Assembly: GCA_951406725.2 (NCBI GenBank) | Contig: OX597814.1 | Span: 87,482,001 to 87,546,000 of the forward strand | Reading direction: 5' to 3' | DNA length: 64,000 bases | Source of the DNA: Octopus vulgaris | Taxonomy: Eukaryota | Shown: positions 50,805-64,000 of the stretch, one piece after another | Numbering within the stretch: the stretch's first letter is position 1 | Layout: each line of letters starts with the position of its first letter | Notes under the pieces: model-generated | Database searches by the model: none | Told to the model about the DNA's origin: nothing | The model's input: only the letters and a program-made list of their open reading frames with translations | Translations under genes and position numbers: made by a program

Positions 50805-51067
50805 CTGTCAATGAGCAAATCATAAAAAGCAATATGAGCAATTTGTTTAGCTTCCAACTGGTTTTCATCAGATAAGCTTGTAAAATTTAAATAATGAATC
50901 AACAGCTTTTCAATGTCTATATCTCCAGCTTGTTGACTTGGGAACTTCCATGATGGGTAACTGAGAGGACCAAGACGAGAAATGTATTCACTAATAATTG
51001 CTTGCAAATCAAATATATCCTCCCTAAGTGAGTCCAAGCAGGCAGCAGAACCCAGCAAATCAGCCAT
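50805..51067 (-). CDS. CCDC157: CCDC157 coding exon 1 (exon spans 51124-50805)
   Basis: MADLLGSAACLDSLREDIFDLQ...PSWKFP...LLIDR matches the CCDC157 N-terminus ([22 protein letters not shown]...PSWKFP...LVIDR). Acceptor TTTTTAG|G at 51125/51124; donor AG|GTGAG at 50805 (phase 2). Confidence 0.92.
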
Positions 51068-51299
51068 TTTATTCAAAAAACTGTTTCTTGTTTTTAGTTT
51101 GTTTTGGATTTAGTTAATGATGACCTAAAAAAATACACAATAGTATTAAACGAAAAAGAAAATACATCAAGTTAGGGCTTTTATCATGGCTCAAACTCAC
51201 AGCAATAATTTATTTACAAAGCATTTTGTCCATTCATTATAGCTTTGTATAAGAAAAGGTGTGATATCATTCCATAAAAATGTGGGTCTATGTCATCTC

Positions 51300-51760
51300 T
51301 TATCACCAGATAGTGAAAAAATATGTTGTCCTTAGCATCAATTGCTTCCAGCAGATCACAGTAGACTTCAAACCTTTTTTCTCTTCAAACTGAATACCAA
51401 CTGGCACAGTACCCCACTTGCACACACTTTCCAATGCCCAAAGTCTTCTGTCTCTTGTAATGCATTGTGATTACAGTTCAGTTGTTCAGTAAATTCATGG
51501 ATTGTGTCTCATCTGCCAGTATGAATCATCACTGGTGATTTGTGTCAGTGGTTGCAGTTAATGGTTTCCCACAGTATGGTTTATCTTTAATGCTGGTTTG
51601 CTCTTCTCTATACTTCTTCAGCCATCTGTGCACAATGCTCTTGTCAATAATATCGATTCTCTAAACAATCTATAGCCTTCTATGGATGTTAGACAGCCTG
51701 CATCCCTCCTCAATCAAAAACTCAATGATAGCATGTTGCTTCTGCTTGGAAGCCATTATT
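51300..51760 (-). mobile_element. Mariner transposase N-terminal relic
   Basis: IVHRWLKKYREEQTSIKDKPYCGKP and LGHWKVCA (cf. LGYRKVCARWVP). Confidence 0.65.
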
Positions 51761-51961
51761 TGCTGAAAATACAAACCAGGAAGAAGACTTCTAGAGAGGA
51801 AGAGTTACTCAACCATCATGTGTGATTTGAACAACCAATTTTATTTATGTGCACATTTACATTAGTCTCAATACAACTCTCATATATGTACGTACACACA
51901 GACACACACACACATACAAAGAAATTAATAAAAATTATGTAAACAATAAGCAGGACAGAAT

Positions 51962-52025
<64 letters not shown>

Positions 52026-52584
52026 ACAGACAGACAGACACACACACACAACACTCATATTGCTTTCAAAAATAATCCTGTTACAACAATGAAGTTAATT
52101 ACAAAGGGTTAACTGTAGTTACTTTTATCATACTGGAAAAGTTGCAAAAACGCTTGGGAGTATATCCAAGAAAGATGAACATTTCCACGAACTTTCACCA
52201 CACCAATACAAAAACACATTTTAAGTATCAATAATTTCTCATTTTGGTACAAGACTATATATTGATAAAACAATTGCGTACAATCGATTGCCAAAACTAG
52301 GTTGGTGTTTATGAATTAAAGGCAATGTACACCCAGGTAGTATTTGAACTCAAAACGTAAACAAGTGTAACTAAAATACTGCACAGTCTTCAAACTAACA
52401 CTCCACCAATTCTGCTTACCGCTCTCACTTTTAGTAGTAATGAAAGTAGAAGTAAATTACGTGTCTGATTTTCTTGTTTTACTTCCACCGTTGCAATAAA
52501 AATAAACACTTATCAACATTTTAATATTCTCCTTTGAAAATTACCTTATTTTTTCCACACTCCGATAAATACAAATACACTTAC

Positions 52585-52690
52585 TTTGTTTCCCACTAAT
52601 TGATAGTGAAACGATATCAAACCATGTAGTACTACTTTTAAGCTATAACTCGTGTCCGCCGAAGTTTTGAGCGCCATTTTCCAACAAGTG
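52585..52690 (-). other. CCDC157: Probable non-coding first exon (5' UTR) of CCDC157
   Basis: Perfect donor AAA|GTAAGT at 52585/52584. Locally CpG-retaining sequence; AAAATGGCG (YY1/TISU-like) at about 52672-52680. TSS position not determinable. Confidence 0.6.
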
Positions 52691-52728
52691 ACGTTTCTTA
52701 GCAACACTTAGCAACAACACATAGAAAC
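52689..52728 (-). promoter_or_regulatory. Candidate promoter with RFX X-box-like motif, extra half sites and a CRE half site
   Basis: GTTTCTTAGCAAC at 52693-52705, second TAGCAAC at 52709-52715, CATAGAAAC at 52720-52728, TGACGT at 52689-52694. Confidence 0.55.
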
Positions 52729-53331
52729 AACAATCAATGATAATATTGCTTGACATGCTTCTTCGATGTCGTGATAAAAGTAAAAAGAAGAGAAAATCGA
52801 TGCGTTCTTTAATAAACTATGTAAAATATTTAATGCATAGTTAACATATTTTATTGAACTTGAATGTATTCTAACGAGTTGCTTTTAGTTTCAGTTTCCG
52901 AATATTTTTCGTCATATCTTACCATCTGTGATTCCTTTATTGTCAGGCTCGTCACTTTTAGTTACATTTATTTTTCAGTTTAATATTGATTTCTAACATA
53001 ACACAAAAAATTACATTTGGGGAAGCATATGGGCGGACGTAAAGAATGTAGACCGCACCCCCCCCTTTTTTTTTTACAGAATACCCCATTTTCCAGCACG
53101 GAGATTCTGATTCTGCAAAAAAAAAAAAAAAAAAAAACGGCATTTAAAAATTTTTATTTCCCTCTATAGTTAGCTTTAGGGTTAGGGTTAGGATTAGTTT
53201 TAGGGTGGTTAGCAGCATTGATATCATCAGGTAATATCCAGGTTCTTTTTGTGCACATTTCACCACACTTACCTTTCTTCTGTCATCTATGCAGCATCTT
53301 CACCAAATCACACACTATAATTTACCGGGAC

Positions 53332-53845
53332 GTGACATGCAGCGACACGTTCAACAGCTCCAATCTTGCAGCATCGACTGCAAATCCAGGTGTCGCCACT
53401 CGTAACGCGGAGAAAAGTAAAACTCTGACCGGCCTCTGTCAGTTTGTTGCCGGTCGCCGTCAAGATGTATGGTGGTTTACGATTCCGCGCTGTTGATTTC
53501 CTCCGTAAAATAGAGATAACGGCGACCCGTCTGAGAAATGAGCCCCGTGAGGTAAAGTAGCTGCAGCAGCGAGTGTCGCTGGCCAGTCTCAGCAGCAATG
53601 CCATCGCGGTCGTTACTGTGGATCACGACTGAGTACACCACTTGTTCTGTGGTATGTGGCCCATGACACATTCCCTTCCATCTTCTGCTGCTTTACACCC
53701 GCCTTTTTTTCTTTCTTTCCCTTTCTTATATCTCTCACCCCCCCCCCCCCTGTTTCTTCGTATTTAAATGTTATGAATAAATAGAGATTTACTGCTTGCT
53801 GAGGATTTCATATTCTCTTTCAAATTCCTTTTGCATGCCACTACT
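53332..53845 (+). mobile_element. Possible solo LTR-like, CpG-rich repeat
   Basis: CpG-rich block with AATAAA near 53776 and a CCACTAC end. A second CCACTACA-ending, AATAAA-containing block lies at about 54474-54770. No TSD confirmed. Confidence 0.3.
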
Positions 53846-56359
53846 ATATCTATGATCAAGCCTTCTCTGGTTTCGTTTATTCTTTCAGGCAAATAGGATG
53901 TTGTGGATCTTGTTACAAACCCACAACAATGCTGTTCATTGCTATTCTCGTGTCACACACGACTCTCTAAGTCCCTCATGCACGGGCCATTTTCTTTTAT
54001 GTATCCACCCTATATTGCCTTTCTATGCTGCAGTTAATTCGAAAATTAGATATTATATGTTAAGAATGGTCAGTGCCATAAAGTTTACTCATTATTATGT
54101 GTTTTGGGAATATGTGTCTTCTCCAAATACTCTTGTACGAATCTCGTACCACAATTTTGGGCTACACGAGTAGATACCAAATGAGATCCAGGTCGTTGTT
54201 GTTAAAACTCGATATTTGTTAACCTTTACAGGTTAACAAATTAACACCCTTCTCTAAGCCTAGATTCGAAACCGAATCCAAGAATTCTAGGTCGTCCAAA
54301 CCACGACGATCAACAGGCGCGAAAAAAGGTTTTCTTTGCCTGTCAAAAATTGATTGATCATCTCTCTTTGACCTGCGACCTCAGCATGTCAGGCGAAGTT
54401 CAACTGGACAGGGGCTGACCTATTTAGGTACAAACTCTGCTGCAGTATGTCTGTTTTTCTAGCTGCCACATTTTGTTATAAATACGATAGTGAATCAAGA
54501 AAGGAGGCAGACAAACGAGATAGATCTATCTACGACCCAAGTTTCTGGCAGACCGCAGAGTCAGAGAGAAATGTTCGAAGTGCCGATAGACTAGTTTTGA
54601 ATGAAACACGCACACACACAAATGTATTCATTCCTAATACGTACTCTGTATTTCTAGCAACTCGTAGCAGTTGCCTACATTTTGTATGTAGTGTACCTAT
54701 AACAAATCAAACCCTGTAAATAAATTTCTTTCAATCATGAATCGGTTTATATACACACTTAACCACTACAAACCCATACCAAGAGTTTCCTCGTCGACAG
54801 TGATGTAGATCACCTTTACGTAAAATGAAAGTAAAGTAGCAGATGCTTAACATCGGCTAGATCAGCCTTTGAAAGTCACATTACACTCATTCGACATCAA
54901 CAAGTTGCAGAACCCTCATCTGTCGTTTATGACAGCAGAATCCACTGTATACATATGTGTATGTATGAGAGATTGGCGGGGGCGGGGAGAACGGGCTTCT
55001 GCTTAATTTCCATGTATCAGATCACGAAACCGATAACATAGGAGTTGGAAAGGAGCTTCTATGAAAGTATTCCCTGAATGTTGACCAAGGATATACACCA
55101 AGAGAAGTTGCACAACTCTTCTGATACAGGTCAGCAGAAGAGAAGCTATATGCATATCAGCGAAAGGCCATGTAAGTTTTCAAAGTGACAGGAAAGTAGT
55201 CTATCCTGGACTAACAATATAGAATATGAAGTATAAGCGTTTACTTATAGGAGCAGGAAATAACAAAATAAATTGAACACAAAATGGATAGTGGCACAGG
55301 TAAAGTAAATCAAATTAGATGCGATAACTGTTGCGGACTCCGAGGAATTAACACTGTGGATGTCACCTACATCGTAAACAACCGCCTGGAAATATCATCT
55401 ACTTATGAGGCATTCTACGAGTCAATGTTGTGGTTAGAATATTATGTAGTGAAATCCGCAGAAAAGATAATTTTGAGAATTCAAATATAAGAAGCTACAG
55501 AGATGTGAGTGGCATAATTACAAAATATGAAAGAATTCTGATGGAATGTCTTTGTTATAACTTCTATAAAATGCATGCACAAGAGACCAGACAAAATGAT
55601 GTAGGACAAAGAAAACTAATTTGAAATTAGAATGGTTGAAATCAGTTGTTCAGCAGATGTCAAAATAATGTTAAAGATAAATGAGAAAGAAAACATCTCT
55701 GCTGAACTATTTAGAAATCTGCAGTAACTCCATGTAGACTATTGCTTTACATTTCTTCCAACAATTACAGAAGCACCTGGTTTCGTGGCTAACTGCCTCA
55801 GTGCCTGCCATGAGAAGCTGGGTTTCACAAAACCAGGAAGAGCATGAAGCAAATGCCTATCCGAGGCTGTGGTAAAATACCCCTGTTTAAGATTCCGCGC
55901 GACAGCTTCGAATCCAGATCTGCGAAATTCCCCCGGTTGTCATTAGCAGTAAGCTTCTTTTCCAACTTGGCCTCAGTTATGATATCCTTTTGGCATTATT
56001 TAAGAGTCCTGTGGTCATGAATAAGCATGGGATTGCACCTAGAAAGTTCTCCTCCGAGGCACAGATATAAGCCACTAAAGGCACTATCAAATATACAAAA
56101 CATTCGAGATGTTTAGCATGTAATAAAATTCACATACGCAATGACGACTACTTACATCCAAATATAACTGTCCACATACATATGTATATATGTACACCTG
56201 TGTGCATGCATGCAGAAGTACATGCATGAATGTCTACCTACATACATAGACACAAACGCACACAGAAACATAGATTCATGTATGTGTGTGTTTATGTGTG
56301 ACCTAGTGGTTAATGGTGTTATACTCACGTGCGCTAGAGCATAATTTCGATTCTCGAAC

Positions 56360-59310
56360 CGAGCAGGTTTTAGGAGCGACGGACGCGCCTGGCGCAGGTA
56401 AAAAAAGTCGCCTTTTCTTCGTAATGGATCGTATTACAGGTACCCGTTTCCTCGCGGACACTGGAGCTGAAGTTAGCATTATCACCGTCTCACTAACTGC
56501 GGGACAGAAAACAAACGCCGACCTTTCTTCAGGCTGGTAATTAATCACCCATCCAGTCTTTTAGCGAGCAGTCCCTCACGTTAAATTTAGGCCTTCGTCG
56601 CGCTTTCCAGTGGATTTTCGTCGTGGCAAAATTACTGGCTCCAATTATAGGTGCTGTTTTTTTTTACATCAGTTCAAGAAACGTAGACTCGTCGATACAA
56701 CGACTGACCTCACTGTACGCGGTGTGTCCACAGTAGGTCCAGTCATGTTACGTACAGAGACCAGCCGATACGAAGCGATCTTCCGTAAATATCCGGACAT
56801 CACCCGATCACTATTTAAAAACAAGGACGTCAAGCACGGGATTACGCACCATATCGAAACCACCGGCCCAACTGTTGCCTCGCGACCGCGAAGATTGCCT
56901 CCAGACCACTTGCGGGTCGCTAAACAAAAATTTCAGCATATGTTAGATCTGGGGATCATTCGACCATCCAGCAGCAGTTGGTCCAGTCCACTACATTTGG
57001 TACCTAAGAAGGAGACGAACGGCTGGCGTCCATGCGGAGACTTCAGAGCCCTCAACAAAACTACAGTGGCTGATACCTATCCCATTCCATACTTGCAGGA
57101 TTTTTCTGGTTCGCTGAACGGAGCACAGATTTTTTCTAAAATCAACCTAATACGGGCCTACAACCAGATACCCGTCGAACCTGTCGATGTTCCAAAAACG
57201 GCAATTGCCACGCCCTTTGTTCTCCGCAACGCAGACATTCCAGCCTTTTAAAGATACCGTTACAAGAGGCTTACCGTTCGTGTGCGCGTACATCGACGAC
57301 ATGCTGGTAGCAAGCAAATCCGAAACCGAACATGAAAAGCATTAAAATCAGCTATTCCAGAGGTTAGCTGACTACGGTATAGTAATCAACACCAGTAAAT
57401 GTATTTTTGGTGTCTCGTCTCTGCCTTTCCTCGGCCATATTGTTGACAAGGACGGAATCCGGCACCTACCCAAAAAGATGGGGGCGATAGTCGATTTCCC
57501 TATTCCTACGTCCCTTCGGAAACTCCGAGAATATTTGGGATTAATTAACTTTTATCAGCGTTTCCTACCACATTGCACCGAAGTAGCTCAACCACTTATA
57601 GATGTCCTGCGCAACAAAACAATGGAGAGACAGGCTATAAAGCTAGGCAACGAAGAACTGGCCTCTTTCAATAAACTAAAGGATATGCTAGCTAGGGCCA
57701 TGATGCTAGTCTACCCCAAGCCTGGTGCTCCACTCAGTTTCCTAGTTGACACGTCCATGTCCGGAGTCGGCGGTGTCCTTCAGCAGTTTTTGATGGCGTT
57801 TGGCAACCATTGTCATTTTTCTCCAAGCGACTTCAATCTGCGGAGATGAAATATAGTATTTTTGGTCGTGAGCTACTGGCTGCGTATCTGCCCGTAAAAC
57901 ACTTCCGCCATATGTTAGAAGGGTCCGTTTTCAGCATCAACATAGACCATAAACCGCTAGTATATGCATTCAGGAAGAAACCTGACTGCTATTCTCCCAG
58001 AGAAGTCCGTCACCTCGACTTCATCGCCCAATATTCTACAGATATTTGGCATATCAAAGGCTCCGACAACACAGCAGCAGACGCAGTTTCACGCGTCCAT
58101 CTTAACGCCCTGTACGCTCCAGAGACTATCGATCTTCAGCTGATCGCGGCAGATCAGGAAAACGACGAAGAACTTAATAGGCTACGGAATTCGTCGTCCC
58201 TCAAGTTCCAGCTGTTTCCATTATCTTCTTCTATCTGTCACATATGGTGCCATACCTCCACTGGCCACGAACGCCCTTACGTCCCCGAACCAAACCGACG
58301 ACGTATTTTCACTGCCCTTCACTGTCTATCACACTCCGGCATTCGTTCCACACAGAAGATGATAACAATTCGTTTTGTGTGAACGAACATTAACAAGGAC
58401 ATCCGCGCTTGGGTTAAGAGTTGCGCTGCCTGTCAAAAGGCGAAAATACAACATACAAAATCGCCTCTCGGCACTTTCACAACAGCGGATGCACGTTTTC
58501 AACCCATCCACATAGATATAGTCGGACCTCTACTACCGTCTCACAACTATAAGCATCTGTTGACCTGCATCGGCCGCTTTTCTCGATGGCCCGAAGCTTT
58601 CCCTCTGTTCGATACTTCAGCGGAAACCGTCGCAAAAGCGCTGATATCACACTGGGTATCGCGTTTTGGTGTCCCCGCAACCATCACGACAGACAGAGGA
58701 CGGCAATTCGATTCGCGCCTTTTCAGCGAACTCACGCGCCAGATCGGTTCCAAACACTGCCGCACAACAGTGTATCATCCAGCGGCAAACGGCATGATAG
58801 AGAGATTCCACAGGCAACTGAAATCAGCCATACGTGCATGTCCAGACATAACCAACTGGATGGAATTCCTTCCTCTTATTCTGCTCGGTATCCGTGTATC
58901 TATTAAGGACGACATTGGTCACTCACCAGCTGAGTTAGTTTACGGCACCACGCTGGCCCTGTCTGGGGAAATGATCGCTCCAGTTCCTCCAAGGGATATT
59001 CCTGATCCCACATTTTATGTACATCATCTCTGCGTACATATGTTCCATCTCTCACCTAACGCATCCCGTTCGTAGAAAACTGAAATTTATGTTCCCTCGG
59101 ACATTAACCAATGGACGCACGTTTTTATCCGGAACGATGAAATACCATCACAAATCCCTCCACCGTATTCTGGACCTTAAGAAAGCTATCGTCGATTCCG
59201 CACCAAACCAACACAGTCTCGTCAACACCTCCCTCAAGTACCTCAACGTCTTCACAGCAAACTCGAACAAGACGCGGGCGAAGAGTCCGCTGGCCGGCGA
59301 AATACATGCA
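56360..59310 (+). mobile_element. Gypsy pol relic (protease, RT, RNase H, integrase) with many frameshifts and no LTRs seen
   Basis: FLADTGAEVS; SSWSSPLHLVPKK; WRPCGDFRALN; AYIDDML; RELLAAY; DHKPL; NTAADAVSR; TTDRGRQF; [17 protein letters not shown]; terminal TRRGRRVRWP. Confidence 0.95.
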
Positions 59311-61662
59311 AGTTTTCTATTTCAAAAAAATTCCAGGTGAGTGATTTACAGGCACCAATACCTTAATTTCTACACGAACAGCTACAAAACTAATTTATTT
59401 ATATTATTCTTTCCACTGAACTTCACAAGGACCATACCTGTAACACTTACATTGCATTAATTCAAATTCTTGTTTGTCATATTAGATTAAAAGTGATTTT
59501 GTTTGCATTCTATCAGACTCAAATGAACTGAACATTTATTCATAACCCGAATTTTTGTTTGCATGCCTTCTGAAATATATTCATATTTTACACATCCACT
59601 TTCTTTCAGTCGCATTGTCGCAGGTTCATCTTGCATGTACATATTTTATTTTTCTCGTTCACTTTGAAAATGTATTGTTGCATATACACAAGCATGCACC
59701 TTTCCTCAGCGCCTGGCCTTGCGCACGCATCTGCACACATTGTTACACACACGCATGCTAACTCTGCTACATTCATGCACCACACATGCCTTTCTCGCTT
59801 GTTTTTCATGCTCCCCTGCGCCTTTGTGGACTCAACTCATCTCTGTAGGACCCTAGGTCGATCACGCATACATAGAGAAAGTTGTTTGTCTCTTACAACG
59901 CGCCAGCATGTCACACTTTTGCTCCTGCACGTTCGATGCATATAATACCTCATGCACCGGCTGCTATATTCAACACTGCCTTAATCACTGGCATATTCAA
60001 CACTGTACACTGCATCTGAATCAATGCACTAGCATTACTGCCTCAGCCTTGCAAGCCCTATTGCACATATGCACATGCACCTCTGCTGCCTTGTTTTGCA
60101 ACACGTCAGCTCAGTTCTTCTCCCGACTCGATTCACGTCGAATGTTCACATGCTCTGCGCTCATGTTTAGACATAATTTTCCCCTGTTAGACCCTTGTTT
60201 GGTCACATAATTAACAGAGAAAATTATGAGTCTCGCGTATCACTCTAGCATGCTATACTATCGTCCTTGCTAACCTCAGCAAGTAACCACGACAACAGCA
60301 CCAGGCACATTTCGCTGCTGAAAAACATTCCAAGGCATTTACCATACATTTCTTTCTCAGCTTCGATCGTTCGTTTCCTTTTCCAGAACCTCACTGGCGA
60401 GGGGAGTGATGTGGTGAATTGTGCAGGCATGAAGTGGATTCGATCCACCATAGCCAAATTTAAATTAACAGTTCAACAGAACTTTTCTTATGGTGGAACA
60501 ATGGGGGTTTTTTTTTTTCAGTGACAGCAGTTTTACATATGCCAAATGCCTTTAGCTAGGCCGAAATAATGTCTTCTCCACTTAACTCTTATAACCTCTT
60601 CTACTTCACCAAAAGCTAGAATCCGAAGCCGAACATGAAAAGCATTTAGATCAACTATTCTACTGTAGAAATCTTGTTCTGTACTTTTCCAGGTGAAATA
60701 ACTGAAGAATATTAACATGCATGCGCCCACATTTTCCATCGTAATCCACTTTTTTCTAGGCAATGCAATAAAACTAATAAATATTCTTTTGTTAAAAAAT
60801 ATTTGAATTAAATGAAACTTGCTTGTATATTTATTTCTTTTTAAAATTAATAATTTTTTAGGATTAAGAGAAATATATTTATAATTGTGAAAAATATTAG
60901 ATCCTATATGTTCACTGTATATGAAATTTTTATATTGAAACAAAGTGCGTAATACGAACGAACCAAAAAAGAAAGCGCGAAAATTCATTATGAAAAATAG
61001 TTTTCTACACAATAGGGAATATTAATGTAATACTAATTTTATTATAAAATCAAGAAATAAATTATCAATATCTATATATAGTAAGAAGAGGTATGAGAAT
61101 ATATCAACTATATAGTAAGAAGAGAATATTATCATATGAATAGTAAAGCTCTGGCTAATATAAAGTTTTTAAAAATGCAAAATTTGCCAATGCATTCACT
61201 GTAAGGCAAGAGGAGCCATCTGCCCTTGTCGGGACAAAGTCTGTCAGTCGAAATTCATGCAAAATAAAAAATAAAACTTGCAATTCAGCTACTGTTCTTG
61301 TCAACTTGCCTGAAAATCAAAAAAAAAAAAATCCGAATCCTGCTACTCCGAAAATCTAATCATACTATATGAAAGCAAAAATCTTGTAAATTTACGCTAA
61401 GAAATAATAATCTAAATTCTGCTACTCTTAATATTGAATAAAAGTTTAAATCAAACAAAAAACTTATTAAAACTTCAGGAGGCCTAACAACTTTGGTCGT
61501 AATGCTTTGCTTTCGTTTGTTTAATAAAAATTCCTCCTCGTATGATGATTTTGCTTTTATTTTGTGATAGAAAACTATCATGCAGAAAATTCCAGCTTCT
61601 AAATTCCGTTTTCTGATCAGACGAAAATGATTAAACTTTAAACATCAGTAACATTTTTCTGC

Positions 61663-61810
61663 GATGGATGGATGGATGGATGGATGGATGGATGTATGTA
61701 TGTATGTATGTATGTATGTATGTATGTATGTATGTATGTATGTATGTATGTATGTATGTATGTATGTATGTATGCATGCATGCATGCATGCATGCATGCA
61801 TGCATGCATG
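61663..61810. repeat. Compound microsatellite (GATG)n(TATG)n(CATG)n at a SINE tail
   Basis: Directly visible. Other microsatellites at 2980-3330, 15951-16035, 27676-27745, 30176-30238, 45222-45268, 48764-48990, 51962-52050. Confidence 0.95.
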
Positions 61811-62005
61811 TCTTTACTACCCACAAGGGGTTAAACATAGAGGGGACAAACAAGGACAGACAAAGGGATTAAGTCGATTACATCGACCCAGTGCGAAACT
61901 GGTATTTTATTTATCGACCCCGAGAAGATGAAAGGCAAAGTCGACCTCGGCGGAATTAGAACTCAGAACGTAACGACAGACGAAATACCGCTAAGCATTT
62001 CGCCT
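61810..62005 (-). mobile_element. Same SINE family, young copy
   Basis: Closely similar to 23575-23760; CpGs retained. Confidence 0.85.
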
Positions 62006-62189
62006 TCAACATACAAACGTGTCTTAGATCCAAAACGTGTTTTGACAGAGTTTGTCACGTTTTTGTAATGCTTTATCCAATTCTTTACTCATATTCATTC
62101 GCATTCAGAACATCAGAGTACGAAAACGCCTGATATTCGTCTTCTGCTAGTCAACACATTCAGTAAGGGGACATCAAAAATAAATTATC

Positions 62190-63940
62190 ATGGAGGACCA
62201 TTTCTCACCTGGCGATCCTGGGCAACCTTCCTATTCCCCCGATCTCATCACCTCTCAAACTGATCCCCACGTAATCCCACCTGATTCAGCATTGAATATT
62301 TGCGGGTCCCAGTCGGAAACTGCGGATGTACCCTCGGCCTGTCAGCCTCCGGTTGTAAGTGATCGCTCATTACACTGTGTTATCCACAGCAGAAAGTCTA
62401 AAGAGAGCGCTAAAAGTGGACTGCTACTTCCACTCTCAGAGCAGAAATGGCGATCCATCTAAAATGGCTCATCAAAACGCTCAAGTAAAAAAAATCCGTA
62501 CATCCATTTATTACATCATCCAAAAGCTACCAGAAACATTTTCTGATTTGCACGGATACCACAGTGGTTGTTATAAAGATTTCACATCTATCACAGATGA
62601 TGTTCAGCCTCTAGAAACGACTCCTAGTCTATTACCAAGAAAACGCAAAATACCAACAGTGGTGTCCACATCTTCTGCCGGCATTTACTCTCAGGTCTGC
62701 GTATTCTGCGATTTGAAGCGCAAGTCAAAAGGCAGGAGTGGAGAAGAGAGTCTGACTACTTGTCAAACTTTCGATGCACAAGAGTCAATTAAAAAACAAT
62801 GATGACACTGTGCTCCGAAAAATCGCTGGAATAGATATGATCGCTAAAGAAGTACCATCAAAGCTGTAAGAATATTTTCTCCAAGCACGCGCGGGCATTG
62901 AAGGAAAAGGATGACAAAACGAGTGAACCAAAAGGACAAGCGATGGAATTACTTTCTGACTACATAAGGGAATACGTACGGAATCAGAAACGACCGGAAT
63001 TGCTGACATCCCTTTACACACGACATGTCGATTATTGCCAGGATGCCGGGGTTGATTCGTTTTCAACAGCTCAGTATTTGAGTAAATGGACCGTGCGAAA
63101 ATTCGAAAACAATATCAAAGTATAATCGCCCAAGCGTAAGAAATTAGGTGTGGTAGTCTATTCTGCTGCAGTCTAAGAGGACGCAGTAAGAACAGCGTTT
63201 GATTTCACTTCCTCCTCTGAGTATATCCTCAACCAGGCGGTGCTGTTGCTCCGGAAGGAATTGAAGAGTGTGAAAAAGCGAAACCTGAACCATCCACTGA
63301 CCATAGAGGCTTTACTGCACGGAGAAGGGGACCCTGCTGACTTGGTGAATAATTTCTACCGGAATTTTTATGGTAGTTTTGGCAAGCAAACCCCCAGTAC
63401 AATTCGTCGTGCTGATGCTTGCTAGTCAGGATGCCTTGTTTGTCGTTACGCATGGAGCAATCAAACTCCGCAAACACATCGCAGTGGGTATGGTTATGAA
63501 ATCTATGACAGGCAGCAGAATGGTGGTCACCCTCTTGGACTGTTATGGCTACAGCATCAATTATCATTGCGCAGACCAACTAGAGACTGAGTTGGCCTTT
63601 GCCCACAATGTGAAGCAAACCATCATCCCCGAGGGTGTACAACCAAACCGAGTAATGGGGAATGCCTACACTCGATCAGGTGCCGCAATGAACTTTTGCA
63701 ACAATACCAACGTGCAAGATTCGTTGCGAACTTGTGGAGAGATACCGGACAATTGTTGCTTGAACAACAACCAGAGTACGGATGGGAACTGATCGATAAC
63801 GAATACACGATCATCTGGTTCCAAGGCGAGCAACTGCCTGCCAGTCTGATAGAGGAAAGACCAGCATCACTGCCCATTGATGAGTTCAGTGATGACGAGG
63901 ATGATACCATGTTGACCATATCCTCTGGTGACGAGCGGTG
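62190..63940 (+). mobile_element. Decayed, internally deleted large DNA transposon, Academ-like
   Basis: YHSGCYKDFT; CVFCD; IAGIDMIAKE..YHQSC; KHIAVGMVMKSMTGSRMVVTLLDCYGYSINY..ETELA; C-terminal CRNELLQQYQRARFVANLW...YGWE...WFQGEQLP plus acidic tail. Family assignment is from recall of these motifs. Confidence 0.6.
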
Positions 63941-64000
63941 AGACACCGGTACAGAATAAAATACACACTACAGTCGTCTAGATAATGGGGCGTCATATAC

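Noticed and set aside
54214-54241. Perfect 12-bp hairpin ATTTGTTAACCT-TTAC-AGGTTAACAAAT
   Set aside because: Real but isolated and AT-rich, with no context to assign a function; not a terminator in a eukaryote.
55040-55700. Possible decayed LTR-retrotransposon gag
   Set aside because: Purine-rich and coding-like, but no motif could be read with confidence.
60533-61012. 159-aa minus-strand ORF
   Set aside because: F/I/K/N-rich composition expected from AT-rich DNA; no recognisable motif or splice context.

Overview
Eukaryotic, AT-rich, repeat-dense genomic DNA. It is most likely from an octopus, inferred from the SINE and RTE LINE families I recognise from memory; no database was searched. 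Two host genes converge. The last coding segment of POMT2 lies at 3-170 (+). A complete 9-coding-exon CCDC157-like gene lies at CDS 51067-25091 (-); its exon phases all join, giving about 723 aa, and it has a probable non-coding first exon and an RFX X-box-like promoter near 52.6-52.7 kb. The rest is mostly transposons: a near full-length CR1/L2-type LINE, a young RTE LINE with a 14-unit ~61-bp structured tandem array in its 3' UTR, many RTE fragments and SINEs, mariner/maT relics, two Gypsy relics, an Academ-like relic, nested MITEs with identifiable TSDs, a Helentron-like element and Penelope-like remnants. Highlights: (1) a correctly phased G_GGA_AAC slippery heptamer at the ORF1/ORF2 overlap of the LINE, whose ORF2 has no usable ATG (candidate -1 ribosomal frameshift); (2) the hairpin/pseudoknot-like repeat module in RTE 3' UTRs; (3) an inverted templated insertion; (4) a decayed hammerhead ribozyme. 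Repeat boundaries are approximate unless TSDs or TIRs are quoted.
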